Origin: Planctomycetota bacterium
Lineage (GTDB): Bacteria; Planctomycetota; UBA8108; SXIK01
Length of the DNA stretch: 64,000 bases
Assembly: GCA_965223265.1 (NCBI GenBank)
Contig: OZ244999.1
Coordinates: forward strand, 224,001-288,000
Direction of reading: 5' to 3'
Shown here piece by piece: positions 27,652-39,800 of this stretch. Both the position numbers and the translations under genes were made by a program. The number at the start of each line of letters is the position of its first letter. Position 1 is the first letter of the stretch. The notes beneath the pieces were generated by a model, which was not told the DNA's origin, did not search any database, and was given only the letters and a program-made list of their open reading frames with translations.

Positions 27652-30618
27652 TTGCGCCAGGTCACGCAGCTGGATACGATAGGTTCCGAGAATCTTTATG
27701 AGCGTCGAATGTCGAAGGAAACTCATAGCATAGCTGTGTGCAAGTCTGCTGGTTACTTTCCCCGCCGGCGCCGGCTTCCAAGCTGCCTGACGGTGCGGCT
27801 ATCGGCGACTTGGTGGGTGGTGATTGCATCGCTGATGGCGGCGGACATCCAGGCTGCGGACGCGGGCGCCGAGGCATACGAGCGTAGCGTCGAGCCTATC
27901 CTCCGTCGCCGCTGTCTCGGGTGTCATGGCCCGGAGAAACAAAAGGGTGGCTTGCGGGTGGATCGGCGCGCGAGCCTGCTTGAAGGCGGAGCAAGCGGCG
28001 ACCCCGCGGTGATTCCTGGCGACGGCGCCGTGAGCCCGCTGATAGAGCGCGTGAGCGCGACGGATCGTTCCATTGTCATGCCTCCAGAGGGAGAGCCGCT
28101 TTCGGTGGCAGAGGTTCGCGCCCTTCGCGACTGGATCGATGCCGGTCTGCAGATGCCTGAGGAGGACCCAGAGGTTGAAAGACGGCGGCAACTCGCTGCC
28201 GAGCATTGGGCGTTTCGACCGCTCGGCGGTCGCGAAGTGCCTCCGTCGCACGGATCGTGGGCGACGAATGAGATCGACCGATTTGTCATCAGTACACTCA
28301 CTCGAGCAGGTCTCAAGCCGTCACCGCCAACGAATCCTCATGCACTCGCGCGGCGGCTTTTCCTCGTCATGCTCGGCGTGCCGCCCACGCCTGAGGAGTT
28401 GGGAGAGTTTCTCGACGATCGCGATCCGCGCGCGTACGAGCGACTGGTCGATCGGGTCCTCGCGGACCCTCGTTACGGGGAGACATGGGCGCAGCACTGG
28501 CTGGATGTCATACGTTTTGCGGAGACTTGGGGCTACGAGACCAACTCTTTTCGTCCGCAGGCATATCACTTTCGCGACTGGGTCATCGCCGCGCTCAACG
28601 ATGACATGCCGTACGATCGATTCATCTTCGAGCAGCTTGCCGGCGACACCGTCGGGGCTGACGCCGCCACCGGTTTTCTTGTCGCCGGGCCGGCGAATCT
28701 GCCGGGCCAAATCGGCAGAAACATCGAGGCGCAGAGGGAAGCTCGCCAGGACGCGCTCGACGAGGTCATCAAAACTGCTGGCGCGTCGATTCTTGGCCTC
28801 ACGGTGGGCTGCGCGCGTTGTCATGATCACAAATTCGATCCGATCGCGCAGACGGATTACTACGCGCTGCAGGCCGTGTTCGCCGGACTTGACTACGGTC
28901 ATCGCCGCCTGCGCGGCCCAGAAGATCGGCGCTGGGCAGCGCAAGTGCCGCAGTTCGAGGCGCGATTGGAAGTCCTCGAGGAACAGCTCCGGCACATGCA
29001 GCAGCGGTTTTCTTTGCGGCCTGCGGTTAGGCGTCAGCGTACAGAAGAGACGTTTGCGGCAAGGACGACGCAGCGAGTGCGCATGCGGATCGACGCTACC
29101 GGGGACGGCGGCCGCGTCCAGTTGCATGAATTCGAGGTCTGGACCGCGAGCGGTGAGGTCGACGCGGGTGGTGCCCAAAGTGAAGCGGCGGTCCGCGACC
29201 CGTCCGTTGAGGAGACCACGAACGTCGCGCTGGCAGTTCACGGTGCGAAGGCGTCGGCATCAAGCTTCGCGCTTGAGAATCAAACCCGTCATCCAGACAA
29301 CCTGATCGACGGCAAGCGCATATTTCCGTGGAAGACGTTAGTGGCGGGGCCGGCGTGGCTCGAGATAGAGCTCGCGCGGCCGACGCGCATTGACCGCATC
29401 GCGTGGCAGGGCGACGGCGGCGGACTTCCCGCCGATTACGCCATCGAGGTCGAGCAGGCAGACGGGCAGTGGCTGCAGGTGGCGCACTCGATCGACCGCC
29501 TGCCGCACGCGAGCGACCGCAGGGATCCTGGGGACGTACGTCTTGCTGGCGTACCAGCCGCCGAGGTTGAAGGAATCTTTGAGCTCGTCGCCGAGAAGCG
29601 CGCCGCGCAAGCGGAACGAGATCGTCTCGCCGCCGGCCCTCAGGTGTTCGCCGGCACGTTTCAGCGTCCGGAAGAGACGTTTCGCCTGCATCGCGGCGAT
29701 CCGATGCAGCGTCGTGAGCTCGTCGCGGCCAACACCCTCGCCGTGTTGGGGTCACTGCAGCTTGGTATGGATGCCCCCGACGTCGTTCGCCGCACATCGC
29801 TGGCACGACACGTCATCGAGATTTCGTACCCACTCACTGCGCGTGTGATCGTCAACCGCATCTGGCAGCATCACTTCGGCCTTGGCATCGTCGGAACTCC
29901 ATCCGATTTCGGGCTCAAGGGAGGACGGCCAACGCATCCGGAACTTCTTGACTGGCTGGCGCGCGAGCTCCTCGCAGCTGGGTGGTCTTTGAAGCACGTC
30001 CACCGAATGATTCTACTTTCGAGCACGTTTCGGCAGTCCAGCTCCCCGCGAGACTCCGCTCGCACGATCGACGCCGACGGTAGACTCTTGTGGCGATTCC
30101 CGCCGCGGCGCCTAACAGCGGAGGCGATCCGCGACGCGATGCTTGCGGTGAGTGGTGAGCTCGAATCGCAGATGCATGGTGAAGGGTTCAATTTCTTTCA
30201 GAAGGCCGGTGGCGTGAGCGATTTCTTGCCGAAGGAGTCGTTTACGGCCCGCGAGCACCGGCGTATGGTTTACGCGACGAAAATTCGCATGGAGAGCGTC
30301 GATGTGTTCGGCGCATTCGACTGCCCTGACGCTGGCCAGATGGCTCCGCTCCGTTCCCAGTCGGTGACGCCGATCCAGGCACTGAACCTGTTCAACAGTG
30401 CGTTTGTGCGTGAGCAGGCGCGTTCCTTCGCCCGACGTGTGCAGCGTGAAGTGGGCGACGACGCTGAAACGCAGGTGGCGCGTGCGTTCGCGTTGGCTTT
30501 GGCGCGACAGCCGTGCGAGGCGGAAACGGCGAGACTCGTTGATCTCGCGGCTGACTACGGTCTCGAGCAGGTTTGCCGCGTCCTGCTCAACACCAACGAG
30601 TTTATCTTTATCGAGTGA
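27652..30618 (+). CDS. PSD1/planctomycete cytochrome c (DUF1549/DUF1553) protein with discoidin-like insert
   Basis: CxxCH motifs CLGCH and CARCH, 'HWAFRP', '[17 protein letters not shown]', '[11 protein letters not shown]'. Start codon uncertain. Confidence 0.88.
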   Translation: MRQVTQLDTIGSENLYERRMSKETHSIAVCKSAGYFPRRRRLPSCLTVRLSATWWVVIASLMAADIQAADAGAEAYERSVEPILRRRCLGCHGPEKQKGGLRVDRRASLLEGGASGDPAVIPGDGAVSPLIERVSATDRSIVMPPEGEPLSVAEVRALRDWIDAGLQMPEEDPEVERRRQLAAEHWAFRPLGGREVPPSHGSWATNEIDRFVISTLTRAGLKPSPPTNPHALARRLFLVMLGVPPTPEELGEFLDDRDPRAYERLVDRVLADPRYGETWAQHWLDVIRFAETWGYETNSFRPQAYHFRDWVIAALNDDMPYDRFIFEQLAGDTVGADAATGFLVAGPANLPGQIGRNIEAQREARQDALDEVIKTAGASILGLTVGCARCHDHKFDPIAQTDYYALQAVFAGLDYGHRRLRGPEDRRWAAQVPQFEARLEVLEEQLRHMQQRFSLRPAVRRQRTEETFAARTTQRVRMRIDATGDGGRVQLHEFEVWTASGEVDAGGAQSEAAVRDPSVEETTNVALAVHGAKASASSFALENQTRHPDNLIDGKRIFPWKTLVAGPAWLEIELARPTRIDRIAWQGDGGGLPADYAIEVEQADGQWLQVAHSIDRLPHASDRRDPGDVRLAGVPAAEVEGIFELVAEKRAAQAERDRLAAGPQVFAGTFQRPEETFRLHRGDPMQRRELVAANTLAVLGSLQLGMDAPDVVRRTSLARHVIEISYPLTARVIVNRIWQHHFGLGIVGTPSDFGLKGGRPTHPELLDWLARELLAAGWSLKHVHRMILLSSTFRQSSSPRDSARTIDADGRLLWRFPPRRLTAEAIRDAMLAVSGELESQMHGEGFNFFQKAGGVSDFLPKESFTAREHRRMVYATKIRMESVDVFGAFDCPDAGQMAPLRSQSVTPIQALNLFNSAFVREQARSFARRVQREVGDDAETQVARAFALALARQPCEAETARLVDLAADYGLEQVCRVLLNTNEFIFIE

Positions 30619-30626
30619 GACATGTC

Positions 30627-32174
30627 ATGAGCGCCTCTTCGCCTCGCGCCCGGCTCACGCCAAGTTCGACGTCCTGCGGCTCGCTTGAGCTTTCTCGACA
30701 GGGCGCGCGGCTTCTCGATCGCCGAACATTCCTTTCACGCACGTTCGATGGTCTACACGGAATTGCTCTGGCGACTCTTCTCGCTGACGGTGACATGTTG
30801 GCTGCCGCCGAGCCCAAAGAGGAGCTTCCCCTCAGCGCGCTCAGACCCGCGATTGATCCGGCCCGCCCCTATGCACCACGATCCGCTCACTTCGAGGCGA
30901 AAGCGAAGAGCGTCATCGTCGTATTTTGCTCCGGTGCTCTCAGCCACGTCGACATGTGGGACTATAAACCGGAGCTCGAGAAGCGTGACGGTCAGCCGCT
31001 CCCGGGGCGCGATCGCTTCGTATCTTTTCAAGGCGAGAACGGCAATCTCAAGCGATCACTGTGGACGTTCCGCCCGCGAGGCGCATGCGGCAAGATGGTC
31101 TCTGATCTCGTGCCTCATATTGGCAACCTTTCCGACCAACTTTGCTTCCTGCATTCCTTGACGACTAAATCGAACACGCATGGACCGGGCGAGAACGTCA
31201 TGTCGACAGGCTTCACTCGGGATGGTTTTCCGAGCATGGGCGCGTGGCTCACGTACGCGCTCGGGAGCGAGAATCAGGATCTGCCGGCGTTCGTCGCCAT
31301 CGAAGATCCGCGCGGCATTCCTCAATCGGGTCCGAACAACTGGGCAGCGGGTTTCTTGCCAGCGACGTTTCAGGGAACGCCGTTCAGTACAACGAAGCCG
31401 GTGCGCTACTTGCAGGCGCCGCAAGGAACGAGTCCAGAGTCTGAAGCTGCCGCGCGCAGCGCGCTTGGGTTTTTGAACGCGCGACATCAGGAGAGCTTCG
31501 CGGGCGATTCTCGTCTCGCCGCCCGCATCGCCAGCTATGAGCTTGCTGCTCGCATGCAGCTTTCCGTGCCGGAGGTCGTCGACGTTGATCACGAGCCGCA
31601 GCACGTGCGACAGCTCTACGGCGTCGAGTCTGGCAGTCAGCTGAAGCGGAGTTTCGCGCGCAATTGCATGCTGGCGCGACGTCTCGTTGAGCGTGGAGTC
31701 CGTTGCGTGCAGGTTTTTAACGGCGCCTACGCTTCGGGCGGTCGTCTCAACTGGGACGGCCACTCGCGTCTCAAAGAGCAGTACGATGTGCACGGGGAGA
31801 TACTTGACGAACCGGTCGCCGGGCTCATCAAGGACCTGGCCCAGCGTGGGCTACTCGATACGACGCTTGTTGTTCTCTGCACTGAGTTCGGACGCATGCC
31901 GATGTTTCAAATCGGAACATTCGGTCGGGATCACAATCCCTTTGGTTTCACTTGCTGGCTCGCCGGCGCCGGCGTCAAGACACCATTCACCTACGGCGCC
32001 ACCGATGATTTTGGCTTCAAAGCCGAACAGGATGTCCTCACCGTTCATGATCTCCACGCGACGATCCTGCATTTACTCGGTATCGATCACGAACGTTTGA
32101 CGTTCTATCACAACGGGCTTGAACGACGATTGACTGACGTCCATGGTCGTGTCGTGCGCGAAATTTTGGCCTGA
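30627..32174 (+). CDS. DUF1501 domain protein
   Basis: Tat-like 'DRRTFL', '[10 protein letters not shown]', 'WDGH', 'EFGRMP', 'GRDHNP', 'RLTDVHG'. Confidence 0.92.
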   Translation: MSASSPRARLTPSSTSCGSLELSRQGARLLDRRTFLSRTFDGLHGIALATLLADGDMLAAAEPKEELPLSALRPAIDPARPYAPRSAHFEAKAKSVIVVFCSGALSHVDMWDYKPELEKRDGQPLPGRDRFVSFQGENGNLKRSLWTFRPRGACGKMVSDLVPHIGNLSDQLCFLHSLTTKSNTHGPGENVMSTGFTRDGFPSMGAWLTYALGSENQDLPAFVAIEDPRGIPQSGPNNWAAGFLPATFQGTPFSTTKPVRYLQAPQGTSPESEAAARSALGFLNARHQESFAGDSRLAARIASYELAARMQLSVPEVVDVDHEPQHVRQLYGVESGSQLKRSFARNCMLARRLVERGVRCVQVFNGAYASGGRLNWDGHSRLKEQYDVHGEILDEPVAGLIKDLAQRGLLDTTLVVLCTEFGRMPMFQIGTFGRDHNPFGFTCWLAGAGVKTPFTYGATDDFGFKAEQDVLTVHDLHATILHLLGIDHERLTFYHNGLERRLTDVHGRVVREILA

Positions 32175-32362
32175 TCGTGGCCAGCTTGGTGCGCCTGACG
32201 GCCTCACTCGTGCGGCGATGTCCTTGCATCCATCTCGGACAGTTGGTCAGGGGGCAGAAATTGGCTTGTCGAAGCGTGCGTTGATGAGGTTTCATTGACT
32301 CTGCGGCCGGGACCCGTAATCAGGAAGGCTCGGAGCGAAACTGCAATAGCGCGAGGCGATGC

Positions 32363-33796
32363 ATGATTCATCTGATGCCGTCACGCTCGGTGACGCCAGA
32401 GACCATTTCGCGTCGTGATGTGCTGCGTCTGACGGCGGCGAGCTCGCTCGGGTTGAGCTTGCCGCGCCTCCTTGAAGCAGAGGCAGCCCGGAAGGCTAGC
32501 GGCTCGCGCACCGCCACCGCTAAGAACTGCATCTATATCTTTCTCTGCGGTGGACCCTCGCAGCTAGACATGTGGGATCCCAAGCCGGACGCTCCAGCCG
32601 GGATCCGTAGCCAATTCGCGCCGCTCGCGACGAACGTCCCTGGAATCTATTTCAGTGAGCTTCTGCCCCGTGTCGCGCGCCACGCTGACAAGCTCGCGAT
32701 ACTGCGGTCGCTCACCCACGACAACTCGAGCCACGAGACAGGCATCCTCTACACGCTGCTGGCGACCGGGAATCCACCAACGCGTAACGCGGAGCCTCCC
32801 TCGCGCCAGGACCCACCGGCGATTGGCGGCGCGCTTCACCATTTGCTCGGGGCCGCGGGGGAGCTTCCGGCCTGGGTCGTCTTGCCACGTTTTTTTACCA
32901 CCGGTCCGAGTTTTTATAAGGGACAGACTGCCGGTTTCCTGGGACCGGCGTTCGACCCATTCGCGCTGGATGAACCGAAGAAGAGTTCACTTGCGCAGAA
33001 GGAATTTCAGCTGGATGCGTTGAATCCACTTCCGGGGGTTCACGCGCAGCGTTTGACGTCGCGTGAGGGCCTGCTCGAACGCATCGACGGTTTCACGGAT
33101 GCCTGGCTGCGTTCGAGCGCGATCGATCAGCAGCGCGAGTACCGTGAGAAAGCGCTCGGGATGCTGGCATCTGCGAACGTGCGCCGCGCGTTTGACCTGA
33201 GCGTCGAACCGCCGACGCTCCGCGATCGATACGGTCGGAACGAGTACGGCCAGAGTTTTTTGATGGCACGCCGCCTCGTCGAAGGTGGCGTACGGATGGT
33301 CAACGTGTTTTGGACCTACTACGGCGACGACGGCTGTCAGTTCAACCTGTGGGACAACCACGGAATTGATGGGCCGGTGTGTGGTGGATACCGGCGCGGG
33401 ATCGACATGATTCAGGCGCCGTACTGCTGCCCAGCGTTCGATCTCGCTTTCTCTGCGCTGCTTGAAGACCTTACCGATCGCGGTCTACTCGACGACACAC
33501 TCGTCGTGGTTATCGGCGAGTTCGGGCGTACGCCGAAGATCAACAAGAACGCGGGACGCGATCACTGGCCGCAGTGCTACTCGGCGGTGCTCGCCGGTGG
33601 TGGTGTGCAAGGCGGGCGGGTGTACGGTGCAAGCGATGGCCACGCAGCCTATGTCAGTGAGTCGCCGGTCACACCCGACGATTTTGGCGCGACGATCTAC
33701 CACGCCTTTGGGGTGCCGCCGGATACGGTGATCTACGATCAGCTCGAGCGTCCACTGCCGGTGTCGCGTGGCGAGCCGGTGACGGCGGTGTTTTGA
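32363..33796 (+). CDS. DUF1501 domain protein
   Basis: 'SRRDVL', 'GGPSQLDMWDPKP', 'WDNH', 'GEFGRTPKIN...GRDHWP'. Confidence 0.92.
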   Translation: MIHLMPSRSVTPETISRRDVLRLTAASSLGLSLPRLLEAEAARKASGSRTATAKNCIYIFLCGGPSQLDMWDPKPDAPAGIRSQFAPLATNVPGIYFSELLPRVARHADKLAILRSLTHDNSSHETGILYTLLATGNPPTRNAEPPSRQDPPAIGGALHHLLGAAGELPAWVVLPRFFTTGPSFYKGQTAGFLGPAFDPFALDEPKKSSLAQKEFQLDALNPLPGVHAQRLTSREGLLERIDGFTDAWLRSSAIDQQREYREKALGMLASANVRRAFDLSVEPPTLRDRYGRNEYGQSFLMARRLVEGGVRMVNVFWTYYGDDGCQFNLWDNHGIDGPVCGGYRRGIDMIQAPYCCPAFDLAFSALLEDLTDRGLLDDTLVVVIGEFGRTPKINKNAGRDHWPQCYSAVLAGGGVQGGRVYGASDGHAAYVSESPVTPDDFGATIYHAFGVPPDTVIYDQLERPLPVSRGEPVTAVF

Positions 33797-33875
33797 CAGA
33801 CCTTTTGGCGCTGCCGATGTTGGCCGGTGTTGCTCTCGTCAACTGTACCTGCAGCACCGCAAAGCATCTCGTGGA

Positions 33876-34712
33876 CTATTTCTTCTTCTTGGCGCTCTTT
33901 TTCTTCGCCTTGCTTGTAGTTGCCGCTGTCGTACCGGCTTTTTTGGCGCCATTGCCGTTGCCGTTGCTGGCCAGTTTGAATGACTCCGGCGGCAAGCCGA
34001 GGACCAAGGTGTTGCCGTCACTGCCAGCCATGGAGTGCAGCAAGCGCAGCTGCATGAGTGCGGGGTTCGATTCCATCAGGCGAGCGGCGTTCGCTAGGTT
34101 GCGCAGCGCCGCTGTCTCGCCGCGGGCTCTTTCGAGCGCCGCTTGTCCTTCCTTGCGTGCTTGAGCGACCTGCGCGAAGGTTTGCTTGAGGGGTCCGGGA
34201 AACATGATGTCCTTGATGTTCACCTCATGCAGCTTGAGTCCAAGCGCTGAAGCCTTGTCGACGCTCTTTTCCAGAAGCTGCGAGGCGAGCTCTTCTCGCG
34301 CCTCGAGGACGTGGTCGGCGGTGGCGCTACCGACGATCTCCCGTAGCGCCAGCTGTAGCTCCAGGTAGAGCGTCGCTTGGTAGTCCTGGTCTTGGTTGAT
34401 TGCAACGTTCAGCTCGACGGGCTCGTAGCGCGCCGCTAGGCTGAGCTTCAGAGACACACCATCGGCGGTGAGTATTTCTTGACCGTTGATCGACGCGTAG
34501 CGTGGTCTGGTGTCGACCGTATCGATGCGTGTGCCCAGCGGCGCATACCAGTAGACGCCGGGTTCGAGTACCCGGTCGAAACGACCACGTATGTATCTGA
34601 GTCCGCGCTCGTACTCGTAGATCGTCACGCGGCGGAGGAGCCAGCGGTGAACGCCACCGATGAGAAAGCAGAGCGCGAGGAGCGAGAGCGAGACGATCAG
34701 CAGTTCCTTCAT
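33876..34712 (-). CDS. Slipin (SPFH/band-7) family protein
   Basis: 'YERGLRY..GRF..VLEPG', 'GQEILTADGVSLK', 'IKDIMFPG', 'ALERARGETAALRNLANAARLMESNPALMQLRLL'. Lys-rich C-terminal tail. Confidence 0.9.
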   Translation of the reverse strand: MKELLIVSLSLLALCFLIGGVHRWLLRRVTIYEYERGLRYIRGRFDRVLEPGVYWYAPLGTRIDTVDTRPRYASINGQEILTADGVSLKLSLAARYEPVELNVAINQDQDYQATLYLELQLALREIVGSATADHVLEAREELASQLLEKSVDKASALGLKLHEVNIKDIMFPGPLKQTFAQVAQARKEGQAALERARGETAALRNLANAARLMESNPALMQLRLLHSMAGSDGNTLVLGLPPESFKLASNGNGNGAKKAGTTAATTSKAKKKSAKKKK

Positions 34713-34719
34713 TTGGATG

Positions 34720-34948
34720 CACCCATGTGGGAAAAACCCCATCCAGAGGGGCCACAGAGGCGCGACGGAGACTGAGCACTCGACTCGTCTGCAAAGTCGC
34801 GAATCTGTTGCGTAGCGCCGGCCCCTCGAGATGGAGCATGTTTCAGGTTCCGGCTGGCGACGCTTGCGTCAGCCACCTGTTGAGAGCAGGCAACGCGCAG
34901 AACGGCAGAGACGACGCCTCTCCCGCTGCTTCCTAACTCCGAAGAAGC
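34720..34948 (-). ncRNA. Putative structured, partly tRNA-like RNA immediately upstream of the slipin gene
   Basis: Consecutive hairpins: anticodon-arm mimic GCCTG-CTCTCAA-CAGGT (34875-34891), arm GGCTGACGCAAGCGTCGCCAGCC (34852-34874), and a 14/15-bp long-range stem 34820-34834/34739-34753. Boundaries approximate. Confidence 0.55.
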
Positions 34949-35156
34949 TAATCATCGTCAGGTGCGACCTGCCATCGAGCCGATTGCTGAGCCGTGTCGA
35001 GCAACGATAATCCGCCGGAGTCGACGCTTATGGGTACGTGGGCGGGTTTAGGTGGTCGGCCTAGAGATGGCAGACGTGCTCTGGGGGAAGAGACAGACAG
35101 AGATTGGGGGCGGAGACAGAGAAGGCCTACGCAAATTCCCACACTCCCACTCCCGC

Positions 35157-35267
35157 AAGTCGGACGGCACACGATCGAGGCTGTGAAGTGTCTAAAACGT
35201 GCCGTCGAAACTCGCGGTCACGGTCCACGATCACTCCGCAACGGCACAGAGGGGGTGCCTGCCACTA
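35157..35267. repeat. Degenerate copy of the GTAG-family REP doublet
   Basis: GACGGCAC...GTGCCGTC hairpin with the same GAGGCTGTGAAGT insert as at 13206; ACGGCACAGAGGGGGTGCCTGCCAC at 35241-35265. Confidence 0.65.
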
Positions 35268-35278
35268 TAGGAAACGCC

Positions 35279-35314
35279 ACGCCCACGCAAACGCCCACGC
35301 AAACGCCCACGCAA
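35279..35314 (+). repeat. Tandem repeat (ACGCCCACGCAA)x3
   Basis: Three exact 12-bp units read directly from the sequence. Confidence 0.9.
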
Positions 35315-35379
35315 ACGCAACAAAGCGCTTGCCTCTTTGGTGCGCCGAACGGCCAATCCTCCAGGCTAAGCTGAGTCGG

Positions 35380-36813
35380 CTAGGCCAAAATCTCCCGCAC
35401 CACCTCACCGTGGACGTCGGTCAGGCGGTAGTCACGTCCCTGAAAACGGTGTGTCAGGCGAGTGTGGTCGAAGCCAAGGAGATGGAGGAGCGTGGCGTTG
35501 AGATCGTGCACGTGGACCGGGTCGCGGGCCACGTTGAACCCGAACGGGTCGGTCTCGCCGTGCACCTGTCCCCCTTTGACCCCAGCGCCAGCGACCCACA
35601 CCGTGTAACAGCGGTTGTGATGGTCGCGGCCATCGTTGGTTCCCTGCACCATGGGTGTGCGACCGAACTCGCCGCCCCAGATCACCAAAGTGTCCTCGAG
35701 AAGGCCTCGCTGCTTGAGATCCAGGATGAGGGCGGCGGAGGCCTGATCCGTGTCCTGAGCGTTCTTTTTGACGCCTTGGGCTAAGTTGCCGTGCTGGTCC
35801 CAGGCTTCGTGAAACAGCTGGACGAACCGCACGCCGCGCTCGAGGAGTCGCCGCGCCAGCAGGCAGTTGCGAGCGTAGTTCGATACCTTGGGATCTTTGA
35901 TGCCGTAGAGATCAAGGACACGCTGGGGTTCCTGCGTCAGATCTGTGAGCTCGGGTGCACTCGTCTGCAGTCGATAGGCGGTTTCGAAGCTTTGAATACG
36001 CGCCGCGATTTCCGGGTCGCCGGCGCGCGCGAACGCCAGCTCGTTGAGACGACCGAGCGTATCAAGGGAGGCACGCTGCGTCTCGGCGTCGAATCCTTTC
36101 GGGTTCGACAGATAAAGTACCGGGTCGCCGCTGCCGCGTAGCGGGATGCCAGCGTAGGACGTCGGCAGAAACCCGCACGCGTAGTTGCTCGCGCCGCCAC
36201 TGGTACCGCGGGCACTCGTCAGGACAACGTAGCCCGGGAGGTCGGAGCTTTCCGAGCCCAATCCGTAGAGTGTCCACGAGCCGAAACTCGGTCGACCGAA
36301 CTGCTGCGAGCCGGTGTTCATCAGAATCTGCCCTGGCGCGTGATTCACAGCGTCCGTGTGCATCGATCGGATGAAACAGATCTCGTCGGCAACCTTTCCT
36401 GTGTGCGGCAAGATCTCGCTCAGTTCGATACCACTTCGGCCGTGTCGTGTGAACGAATACTTCGGTCCGAGTAGAGCAGAGTTGGGGTTGATGAATGCCG
36501 CACGGTAACCCTCGAGTAACTCAGCGGGAGGGAGCTTGCCGTCGAATCTTGTCAGCTCAGGCTTCGGATCGTACAGCTCCAAGTGGCTCGGTGCACCAGC
36601 GTGGAACAGATAGACCACTCGTTTCGCCTTCGGCTCGAAGTGCGGTTCCTTTGGTGCCAGAGGATCGCTCGGCCGACGCGATTCAGCGGACGCCTCACGC
36701 GTCAGCAGCGTGCTCAGCGCGATGCTCGCTAGGCCGACACCGCAGTCGCGGAAGAACCAACGGCGGGTTAGGTATTGCGCTCGCTCACGGTGCATTCTCT
36801 GCAGAAGTTCCAT
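35380..36813 (-). CDS. DUF1501 domain protein
   Basis: 'TRRWFF', '[13 protein letters not shown]', 'WDQH', 'GEFGRTPM...GRDHH'. Confidence 0.92.
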   Translation of the reverse strand: MELLQRMHRERAQYLTRRWFFRDCGVGLASIALSTLLTREASAESRRPSDPLAPKEPHFEPKAKRVVYLFHAGAPSHLELYDPKPELTRFDGKLPPAELLEGYRAAFINPNSALLGPKYSFTRHGRSGIELSEILPHTGKVADEICFIRSMHTDAVNHAPGQILMNTGSQQFGRPSFGSWTLYGLGSESSDLPGYVVLTSARGTSGGASNYACGFLPTSYAGIPLRGSGDPVLYLSNPKGFDAETQRASLDTLGRLNELAFARAGDPEIAARIQSFETAYRLQTSAPELTDLTQEPQRVLDLYGIKDPKVSNYARNCLLARRLLERGVRFVQLFHEAWDQHGNLAQGVKKNAQDTDQASAALILDLKQRGLLEDTLVIWGGEFGRTPMVQGTNDGRDHHNRCYTVWVAGAGVKGGQVHGETDPFGFNVARDPVHVHDLNATLLHLLGFDHTRLTHRFQGRDYRLTDVHGEVVREILA

Positions 36814-36829
36814 CGATTGATCCTTAACG

Positions 36830-39800
36830 TTAGTTCTTGCTCACCGTTTCGTCCAGGTTCAACAAGACGCGTGCGGCGATCGTCCACGCAGCGGCGTCCT
36901 GCGGCGTCGCGTCCGGTGGTAGCTCTGGGCGTGTTCCCGGATCTCCTGTGGCAACCTCGTTGATCGACAGCCACCCTGCAGCGAGCTTCTCGCGGCGACC
37001 TCCGAGAAGCTTTTCGATCTCGGCACTCTCCACCTTGCTTGGTCGTCGACCGGTGCAAAGACGAAACGCGTACTCGGTACGCTCTGCATCGTTTGGGCCT
37101 CCTTCACGAAGAATTCGCAGCGCAAGTGCTCGCGCCGCCTCGACGAAAATGGGCTCGTTAAGTGACGCTAGACTGGCGAGAGGGGTGTTCGAGCGCTGCC
37201 GGCGAGCACACGCGAAGTCTGCGTTGGGCGCATCGAAACTGGTGAGCACGGGGTCCGGCATCGAGCGTCGCCGGAACACGTAGAGCGCGCGACGGTATCG
37301 TTTAGGTGCTTCCGCTGCCACCCAGTACCTGGGTGGTGAATAGTTGAACTCGAGCACGCTCTTCGGCACCGGTGGAAAGATACTTGGTCCGCCCACCTCG
37401 CGGTGCAGCAACCCTGAAACGCTCAAAGCGATGTCGCGCACAACCTCCGCCTCGACGCGAAACCGAGGGCCACGGCCGAGCCAGCGGTTCTGTGGGTCGG
37501 CTGCGAGAAGCTCCGGCGACACGTTCGAACTTTGATGATACGTCGCGCTCGTGAGAATGGTCCGAATGAGTTTCTTTGTGCTCCAGCCGCGCTCCATGAG
37601 TTCGACAGCGAGCCAGTCGAGGAGCTCGAGGTGTTCCGGCTGGGGAGCGCGGGTGCCGAAGTCCTCGGGCGTTTCGACTAAGCCCGCGCCAAAGATTGCC
37701 TGCCAAACGCGATTGACGTGCACGCGGGCGGTGAGTGGGGAGCGTGAATCGACTAGCCACCTCGCGAAGTCGAGGCGGTCAGGATGCTCCTCCGACGACG
37801 GCAGCGAATGGAGCGCGGCAGGAGAGTGCGGGGTGATCCGACGCTCGGGCTTGTCCCAAATGCCGCGATTCAAAAGGAACGTCGCGCGGTGATGGGCGGG
37901 ACGTCGTGCCGTCAGAGTGAGAACGCTGGTCGGTGCTTCTGGGTATTGGTGAAAAAGACTTTCGATTTCGGTGCTTGCGTCCTGAAACTCCGGTACGCCG
38001 CGCCGCCACGCGGCGAAGACGGTGGCGTTTTCAGCCTCAGAGCGCGCCGACGCCGGCTTTCCCAGAGCTAACGTCGCGGCGTGATCGTACGACGGTGCCC
38101 GTGGAGCTGGCGACGTAGTCGTCGCGAAGCGCATGCAGCCGAGTTGTGACGACGGCGAGAGTGCTAGCGGATTCGTCGAGCGCGAGCGTGTGTGGTGAAA
38201 CTCTAGAGATACCTTGAGCTCGGTGCCTTCCGGGCGCGTCAGCGCTGCCGCGAACTGGATGACCGCGACGGACTCTGTATTGCGACGGCCGGATCCTCTG
38301 TCGGAGCGCCACGCCGTCTTTTTGTCGCCATCGATGAGGAATTCCACGGGTCCTACGCGGCGCTGTTCTTCTGCCTTCTTCTCTTCGTCGCCTTCGAGGA
38401 CATGGGATTCCTCAGAGTAGTCGGCGGTCGCTCCGCTGAGCTCGACAGTTTCCCACGTCGCGCCTCCTGGCGGCTTCACCTCGACGCGGAGCTCGGTGAT
38501 CGCGAACGTACCTGTCTTGCTACGGCCCGGTCCACCGTACGGCAGGTCGCCGTGCGTCAGGGCTTCGAGGCGAAGTCCAGTGACGCCGTCGAGGGGTGGT
38601 TTCCCGGTCACGTACATCTCGCCGCTCCCGGTGGGATGGCCGAGAACCAGGACGCTGTGATCAGGCAGCTCTTCAGGATGGTTGAGCCCACCAATCCAGT
38701 CCGTCGATGTGACGTCGAGTACGCTCCATTTGGGCGCGGATGTCCGCTCTTGCCGCTCCCACGCAGCGAATTGCTGCTGCCAGTTCGGTCGCTGTGCCCG
38801 CAAGCGATCCTCGATCGTGCTCACTGCGCTACGCAGTTTCACGATCTTTTTCTGTTGCTCGCTCGTGTACACCCAGGACTGCGATTCGTACGTGTCGTTG
38901 AGGAACGCGAACGTGCCGTAGTACTCGTCCTGCGAAATCGGATCGTACTTGTGGCTGTGGCACTGGCCGCACTGAAGTGAAAGACCGAGCACGGCTTTGC
39001 CAATACAGTCCATCCGGTCGAACATCCCCTCCATGCGGAACTGTTCGGCGACGATGGCACCTTCTTCATTGATCATGCCGTTACGGAGAAAACCCGTGGC
39101 GACGAGCTGGTCTTGCGTCCTGTCCGGGAGCATGTCGCCAGCAATCTGCTCGAGGATGAACTGGTCGTACGGCATGTCGGAGTTGATCGCGCGAATCACC
39201 CAGTCGCGCCAGGCCCATTGCTCTCGTGGATTGTCCTTTTCGTAACCGTTCGAATCGGCATAGCGCGCCACGTCCAGCCAGTGGCGAGCCCATTTCTCGC
39301 CGAAGTGGTCACTCTGGAACAACCGTTCGATCAGGTCATCGACAGCGCGCGCGACATCCTTCTGAGCTTCACTCACGAACTTGTCGATCTCTTCGGGCGC
39401 CGGAGGCAGACCGATCAAGTCGAGATAGATGCGGCGACAGAGTACCTCGTGTGCGGCCGGTGGTGACGGCTTGAAACCATGGACTTGAAGACGATGCGCG
39501 ACGAGTCGGTCGATAGGATGCTTGGAGCCGTTCTCACCTGCCGGATCTGGAAGTTCTGGTCGATCTGGAGCAGTGAACGCCCAGTGAGTCGTGTAGACAG
39601 CTCCTTCGCGAATCCACTGCTCTAAAAGCGAGAGCTCCTTTTCGTCGAGTGGCTTATTGTGTTCAGGCGGCGGCATGATGAGACCCGGATCGTTTGAGAG
39701 AACGCGGCTCATCAACTCGCTCGACTCGGGTTTTCCCGGGACGATGGCCACCGAGTCCGATGCGAGTTTCGAAATGGCGACACTGCGATCGTCCAGTCGC

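Noticed and set aside
23637-29305. Long alternative ORFs (23637..24800 +, 28073..29305 +, 28321..29241 -) and many similar ones
   Set aside because: They overlap well-supported genes, are Arg/Ser/Pro-rich with no motifs, and are expected in high-GC DNA.
34840-34935. Canonical tRNA-Glu(CTC) gene
   Set aside because: The anticodon arm is convincing, but there is no standard D-loop, no GGTTCGAATCC T-arm at the right distance and no clean 7-bp acceptor stem. Kept only as a tRNA-like RNA candidate.
34994-35784. ORFs with TQTP or HANA repeats (34994..35374, 35104..35784)
   Set aside because: They are translations of the 12-bp tandem repeat and REP DNA, and one runs antisense into DUF1501.
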